From Craspedostauros australis (lineage: Eukaryota): 48,431 nt of DNA. Each line of letters opens with the position of its first letter. Position 1 is the stretch's first letter. The translations under genes and the position numbers were made by a program. Under the pieces are notes generated by a model that saw nothing but the letters and a program-made list of their open reading frames with translations, did no database searches and had not been told where the DNA came from. The DNA is taken from the NCBI GenBank assembly GCA_030167865.1, contig JALAGF010003322.1, positions 1-48,431 on the forward strand, given 5' to 3'. Below, piece after piece: positions 42,501-48,431 of the stretch.

Positions 42501-45122
42501 GAACGTGCGCAGCCCAACACCAGTGCAAATTCAGGAGACAAGGAGCGGAAGGACACTGACAAGTCCCACATCGACCAACCAGAAGACAAGGGAAACACGC
42601 ACAGCGCAGGGGGCGCAAGAGACGATGCAGTTGTCCCCGAAGAAGTCGTCTCCCTGTCCCAGCAACTCATGGCAATAGCCAGACCGGTTGTGAATGACAC
42701 CAAGAATGCCCCCATCGATCTCATGAGCGATTCAGAATCAGACCAGGAGGCTGAGGGAGAGGATGCTAATCAGAAAGAGCAGACACCACCTGCTGGGAAC
42801 GAATGGTGGAGAAAGATCGAAGAGAAAATCGGAAAGGACGAGATGATGAGTCCGGTTGCAGGCAACAAGCTTGTGCTTTTGATGCATATCCTGGTGCATG
42901 CCACCACGGTTGATGACAAGGTGGTCGTGTTCAGCCAGTGTCTGAAAACGTTGGACTTCATCAGCCAGGTTCTGTCGCAACCGAATTGGAGCAACCTTAT
43001 CCCATCCTTGCGCCAAGCCTTTCCTAATCAGCAGAAGCATCTGGCAGGCAGGTGGACGGAAGGGGAAGACTTCTTGCGCATCGATGGCCAAATCACCGGT
43101 TCTGAGAGAGGCGAGCGGATCCGAGATTTTGGAAACATCGACAAGATCCGTCTCTTCCTCATCAGCTCGAAGGCAGGAGGTATTGGTATCAATCTTTGCT
43201 CTGCCAATCGAGTGATTCTTTACGACAGCACCTTCAACCCCACTATCACAACGCAGGCACTGTACAGGTGCTACCGATACGGCCAGAAGAAGAGCGTGTT
43301 TGCGTACCGATTCCTGACGGAGGGCACCATAGAGGAGAAGATCTATTCGCGTGCAGTCACCAAGACAGGGATGTCCAAGCGCCTCGTCGACAACAAGAAC
43401 GTCGCCAAATCCTTCAGCAGGAGCGAGCTCGAGGATCTGGAGAAGACTTACGATTGGGTGCAGTGCGACAAGTGTGAGAAGTGGCGCATCAACCCACCAT
43501 GGGCCCCATTCGACGAGGAGAAGGTGTCAGAATTTTGGGACTGTACCATGAATGTCTTCGACGAGAAGAACAATAAGTGCGAGTACGAGGAGAAATCCCA
43601 GAAGTGGTACGAGGCCTACTTCGAGAGATTCAGGAGACTGAATGAGGATCAATTGCGAAATCACGATGACGTGGCGGCTGGCATCGAGAATATGCTGGAC
43701 GCGGCAGATGGGATTTCGGACGAAAAGACGAAGATGCTCGTGTCCAGAGATGCCATCCTGCAGAATCTTCTTGGCATCAGCGCCGAAGGGAAGAAGCAGG
43801 CTATCGTTTCGAAGCACTACTTCCACGACGCGCTTCTTGAGGAGAAGCCCAGCAAGGCAGCGGTCGGGAATGGCGAAGGTGATGGTGTTGGTGATGATGG
43901 TAAGCCTGCTGCACAGGACATGGCAAACGTACCCAACTCAGCGATGGAAGCTTCAGCAGGAGATGTAGCAGAGAAGGCCGCTGCACCGTTGAAAGAAGTG
44001 GTGGCTGTGGCAATGACAACACCTGTTGCGATGGCAACAGCAGTAGTGCCAACACCTGAAATTGTCGCTGCAGCAGTACCAGTATCGACACCAGCAATAG
44101 CAATAGCAAATGCAACAGCTACAGCTACAGCTACACTGCCGCAGAAAGCGGCGGCCACAAGAATACACGAGAAGCATGCACAGAATCAACCCGCTCCTCC
44201 GAGTTCACATGCGGCGACGACGACGACGACAACGACAACGAAGACATCCCAATTCGTTGCGCCTACTCGCGTCAAGGGTAGCGTTGCCGTCGTCGGTGCT
44301 GCTGCCGCAAGGCACGAACAGCCCAACATGTTGGCGACACCTCCAGTTCCGCCACCAACGAACAAGAACCATCCGAAAGGCCCATCCGCTGCAACCAAAT
44401 TGCACACCACCGATGGCGAAGCGAAGCAGCAGCCCAACCAACAGCCACACCAACAGAAGAAAGAGAAGAAACGAGCAAAACTGAACACCATGACTCCGCA
44501 AAGCACAGAGTCAGGAGCCAAAGCGAAAACGACTGGGAGCGATGTTGGTGAGGCCCACAGCCAAAAGGAGAAGCCTGCGATGGTTGCAGTGAATGCTGGA
44601 TCGATAGAGGTGGTTGAAATCGATCTTGACGACGATGAAGACGAATCCACGCAGATCCAGAGCCCTGCGGGCCTGGCCATTTCCAGAGCCAACGCCTCTT
44701 CAATGAGTGTTGTCACCCGCTCGAGTTGTCGGAGGAACAGAAACAGCAGCAGCAGCAGTGGCGATGCTGATATTCGGCCATCCAAAGTATCCTTCAACGT
44801 TTCGACGGAGTCTGCCTGTTCGGCGTCCAATTCGTCAAGCCCAGACGGCGAAGCAACAGACTTGGCAGCACCACAGCGCACAGGGAGGTCTTCTCGCAAA
44901 CTGATGTCAAGGAAATCCGCATCCAGGCGACAATACCTCGCACGGTCCAAGCCACAAGATGCAACCAACCCTTCTTCTCCCGGAAAGCCGTCCCAGGGAG
45001 CGGACGCAGCTCTAACACGGAAGAGATCCAGATCAGAGAGCAGCAGGGATAAACGGAAACGGCGATCACCCAGGCGCAAAGGATCGCCGCACGAAGAGCA
45101 CATGCTCGATCTAGCAGCTTAA
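36532..45122 (+). CDS. ATRX: ATRX-like SNF2 chromatin remodeler with two ADD domains and a CW zinc finger; 2 exons (36532-40348, 40627-45122), about 2770 aa
   Basis: Phase-1 intron 40349-40626 (GTACGT...CAACAG) joins the ORFs in frame. SNF2 motifs LKPHQKEGIRFM, GCILAHNMGLGKS, PGPDVVVMDEAH, LTGSPFQNN, LRIDG, QALYRCYRYGQ; two ADD-type Cys arrays; WVQCDKCEKWR..WDC. The 5' end is uncertain. Confidence 0.85.
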
Positions 45123-45447
45123 ATTGCGGTAATGGGCGCTGCTTATATTCTTGCAGAATTTCATCTGTTGTGTCGTGTTCCTTGACATGTGGGAGTAGGG
45201 TGGGGTACTTGCTGCTGCAGTGATATGGGATTGTGTCATCCAACAGGATCGTGGAAAGCACGCCGATGGATGTTGGGTTTGCACGAGGAAACACTCTCCT
45301 CCATGGATGTTGCGCTGTATTTGTGCGGCGCCACACTGCGTTGACGAACGAGCACGCTGCAGTGAGATCGGTGGCCGACGTCGTTGTAGCTGTTGTTGAA
45401 GGTGCCGAAGGTGTTGCTGTTGCTGTTCCTGTTGCCACTGTAAGAGC

Positions 45448-45984
45448 TCACCTCAGTGCGAACCATTCGTTAGCTCCTCCGGCATAGTTGACGAGGTTGC
45501 TGTATCCGCTCGCCTTCGCGAAATTGGCTGCGTGCACACTGCGAATCCCTGCGGCACACGAAAAGACCAGCGTCTCATCGGGCGTTGGCTTGGCAAATCC
45601 AAAGACGTTCTCAAAATCCCCCTCGTCCAACTCGAAGGCATTGTTTAATCCCATGATCGTCTGCAGCGGCATCGTCACCGTATTCTCCGACAGCTGTCCC
45701 GTGTATTCGACCTCGTCGCGTTCCCGCACATCGATCACGATGTATCCCGATTCCTCGCGCCCGCCATGCTCGTAATCCTCAAGGATCTCTTCCATCTGCT
45801 CACGTCCAATGTGCGTGAGCTGGATGGCATCGTCATCGAGGCCACCGCCTGTTGCAAACAGACGCGTGCAGCGCTGCGAAATGGGCGCCGCATAGAAGGA
45901 TGGCGATGCGAGCCCGATCGTGCGTGGACGCCGCAGCTGGGTGGCAACGAACGCCAGCTTCGATGCGGCCGTCAGCAATTTCAT
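45448..45984 (-). CDS. Single-domain rhodanese / sulfurtransferase with organellar presequence
   Basis: IVIDVRERDE, active-site loop FSCAAGIRS, NYAGGANEW; Arg-rich, acid-poor N-terminus resembling a mitochondrial presequence. Confidence 0.88.
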   Translation of the reverse strand: MKLLTAASKLAFVATQLRRPRTIGLASPSFYAAPISQRCTRLFATGGGLDDDAIQLTHIGREQMEEILEDYEHGGREESGYIVIDVRERDEVEYTGQLSENTVTMPLQTIMGLNNAFELDEGDFENVFGFAKPTPDETLVFSCAAGIRSVHAANFAKASGYSNLVNYAGGANEWFALR

Positions 45985-46476
45985 CGTGTGAGAAGAGTGG
46001 AGTATAGTCTAATACGTACTATGTCACCTTGTGCTTCGGGTATGGGTGTGGTGCGATAACAGGCGAAGAGAATAAATGGAAAGTTGACGCCGATGGAATG
46101 CTCCGACAATGGGCATGAGCGCGAGTGCTCTCACTTGGGCCAGCCTGGTGGGGATTGATGGCCATGGCGACGAGGCGAAAGATCGCTGTGTTGTGACACA
46201 CACATCATTTCGTTTTTCGTTTTTGATTTGGTGATGATCGATGACGTCACCACATCAATCACGATACTGGTGACTCAATCATGTCAGCAGATGACTCGGT
46301 TGACTCTGTCGATTAATCTACATCTAAAACTAGGTTTTGGGGAGACGACATCTTTCTGCTCATCACAGACACGTCTTGAATACGATTACTCTGCTTCCCA
46401 TGACGACGACACGCAAAGACCCAAGCAAGCACCTGCGCACAATGGAGATGTGGGCGAAGTGGAAGGGATTTCTTCT

Positions 46477-47976
46477 TTAGCCACTCTCCATGATCTGCTT
46501 GTAGTACAGCTCGTCGCTCCTCACGCTGTGCGATGATCCATTTGACATGATCGAACTTCTCGACGAACGCCGTTGAGGACGGGATCGTCCGTCTTGTTGC
46601 TCTTGTGACTGGCTGACAAACTCGTCGAGTCCCATGGTTGCCACGGCAGGCTGCGGCGATGACGATGTTGGCCCCGCTGCGTCTAATTCGTCGTTGGACA
46701 ACGGCAGGATGCATTCTTCATTCTTATCGTCGTGCTTCATCTCGACGCTCATGTTTGCACTTTGAATTCTCATTGCTTGGTTCTTTCGGACCTTGTCCAG
46801 CACACTTCGCATCTTGTCGTCGCTGCGCATCCGGGTTGGAGAAGCACCTGCGTCTGAGCCGTTGCTTTCTGACAAACGCGTGCTGCGAGTTCCAGTGGAC
46901 ATCGCTTCTGCCCCCTTTGTCCTGTCAACATCACTCCATAGATGATCGGCCATCCCAGCTTGCCGGACGTGGTAGGTCACCATGTTGAGCAGTTTGCGAA
47001 CCTGGACATCCTCGACCCGAACCAATGTGACGGAGTCATTCGTGCTGTCCTCCGCATCTTGCAACAATTCGAATGCAAAGTCCTGAGACACGTGGATCTT
47101 GTTTGGCTTGGAGCATCCCTGCAGCTGCTTCGCTACCTTCACGGCATCTCCTAGGATTGCGAAACGAGGATTGGCTGAACCGACGACGTGGGCAACAACA
47201 GAACCAGTGTGCAAGCCGACGCGGATGCGGATGCCTTGAAACGATGACGGCGGGGTGTTCGACGTTTTCGTGGACTCCGCCTGTGCCGTCGATTGCTCAC
47301 CCGGCTGAGTGCTTTCGTCCTTTGTCTCCATTGGGGCATGCTCTATGGACGGCGACCTTGGCTTTGACCGTGGTCCAGGATTGTCGATTCGCATTTCTGA
47401 GAATGTCTCCATGACCTCCAGTGCGAAGTTGGTCAGGATGCGGACATGGTCGGGCTGGTCGAACGCAACATTGGTGACCGCCAGGAAGCTGTCGCCGACC
47501 GTCTCAATGCGGAAGACGTTGTGGACTTGGCACAAATTGTCGATGGTTCTGTGGAAGAGGTTCAACAATTCTGAAGCCTGCTGTGGCGGCAGTGACGAGA
47601 CGATCTCGCTGTGATTCACAACTTCGCAATAAAACACGCTGGCTGCCGGATGGTTCTGTGGTTGGACCTCCATGCCCAGCTTCAGCGATCGCGCGACACG
47701 GTACGGGAAGCGCTTTGACCACATTTCGTCGGATCGTTGAAGGTGCGACGATTTGATCTCGGTCGGTACCACTTCGACTTGCTTCAGACGTTGATCGATG
47801 CTTTCGGCAGATGGTCGCATCGAAGGAGAGTCCCGCAGGCATTCCTTCATGAGGAATTGTAGCTCGATTGGTGCATCCTTTGGCACCGGTGGGCGCTTTT
47901 GTACCGTCTTGTCGCTGATCAGTCGTAACACCTCTCGGTGATTGCCGTCCTCGTACGGATCCTTTCGAGTGAAGAC
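46477..47976 (-). CDS. Last exon of a receptor-type guanylate cyclase-like gene (kinase-homology end + class III cyclase domain); 5' part not resolved in window
   Basis: Acceptor ACAG at 47977 followed by VFTRKDPY..RPPVP..LMKECL..RPS (kinase C-lobe), then RIETVGDSFLAV, IRVGLHTGSVVAHVVG..PRF. Confidence 0.85.
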   Translation of the reverse strand, partial: VFTRKDPYEDGNHREVLRLISDKTVQKRPPVPKDAPIELQFLMKECLRDSPSMRPSAESIDQRLKQVEVVPTEIKSSHLQRSDEMWSKRFPYRVARSLKLGMEVQPQNHPAASVFYCEVVNHSEIVSSLPPQQASELLNLFHRTIDNLCQVHNVFRIETVGDSFLAVTNVAFDQPDHVRILTNFALEVMETFSEMRIDNPGPRSKPRSPSIEHAPMETKDESTQPGEQSTAQAESTKTSNTPPSSFQGIRIRVGLHTGSVVAHVVGSANPRFAILGDAVKVAKQLQGCSKPNKIHVSQDFAFELLQDAEDSTNDSVTLVRVEDVQVRKLLNMVTYHVRQAGMADHLWSDVDRTKGAEAMSTGTRSTRLSESNGSDAGASPTRMRSDDKMRSVLDKVRKNQAMRIQSANMSVEMKHDDKNEECILPLSNDELDAAGPTSSSPQPAVATMGLDEFVSQSQEQQDGRSRPQRRSSRSSIMSNGSSHSVRSDELYYKQIMESG

Positions 47977-48431
47977 CTGTTTCGTTTGGCAGCAGCGTTG
48001 TTGGCAGTGAAATGGGCATTGCGGATTGCAGAATGGAGAGTGAGGAGTTGTGGTTGGAAGTTGAGCGCAAGATTATGCGTGAATGTATGTGATTCCAAGT
48101 TGAACGGATTGGAGTGACAAGCCAAACACTGGAAATAGCACGATGAAGTATTCGGTGATGGAAGAAACGCGCGCTCGTCTGTAGACAATCGATCGTGTGT
48201 AGAGACGTATGATGGGAATGTCATCGCAACACTCATGTCGTCGGCACGGCATGTCATGTCCTTTCCTCCCACACAATGCAATGCATCTTGCTTACCTCAT
48301 AAATCAGAATGCCGAATGAGAAGATGTCCGACTCTGGTGTGTTCGCACTCTCTCCGCGCAGCAGTTCCGGCGCCATCCAGAACGGCGTGCCGGATGCCGA
48401 CTTGCGGAACAGATGCTTTTGGCTGAAACCA

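Overview
Gene-dense eukaryotic DNA, inferred to come from a pennate diatom: short GT-AG introns, bipartite 'xxA-F' plastid-targeting presequences and a CoDi-type copia element. I find 15 host genes: MDR oxidoreductase, calpain, glyoxalase II, an unknown plastid-type protein, TRAPPC8/Trs85, an unknown low-complexity protein, FPP synthase, a GT92-like glycosyltransferase, a secreted PTS/Cys-rich protein, an ankyrin protein, a DUF3565-like protein, DDRGK1-like, an ATRX-like remodeler, rhodanese, and the 3' part of a receptor-guanylate-cyclase-like gene. There is also one 4.9-kb Ty1/copia LTR retrotransposon at 29122-34050 with identical 138-bp LTRs and a CTCTT target-site duplication. Highlights: (1) the calpain combines a SUMO-interacting motif, a GRF zinc finger, three UIMs and a C-terminal p97/VCP-interacting motif, the accessory set of Wss1/SPRTN DNA-protein-crosslink proteases on a different protease fold; (2) the copia element looks recently inserted yet lacks the integrase catalytic core, and carries a -1 frameshift signal, a half-tRNA PBS and a PDZ-like insert; (3) the ATRX-like protein has a duplicated ADD module plus a CW finger; (4) a bacterial-type DUF3565 domain sits behind a targeting peptide. 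All family calls come from motif recognition by eye; no database search was run.
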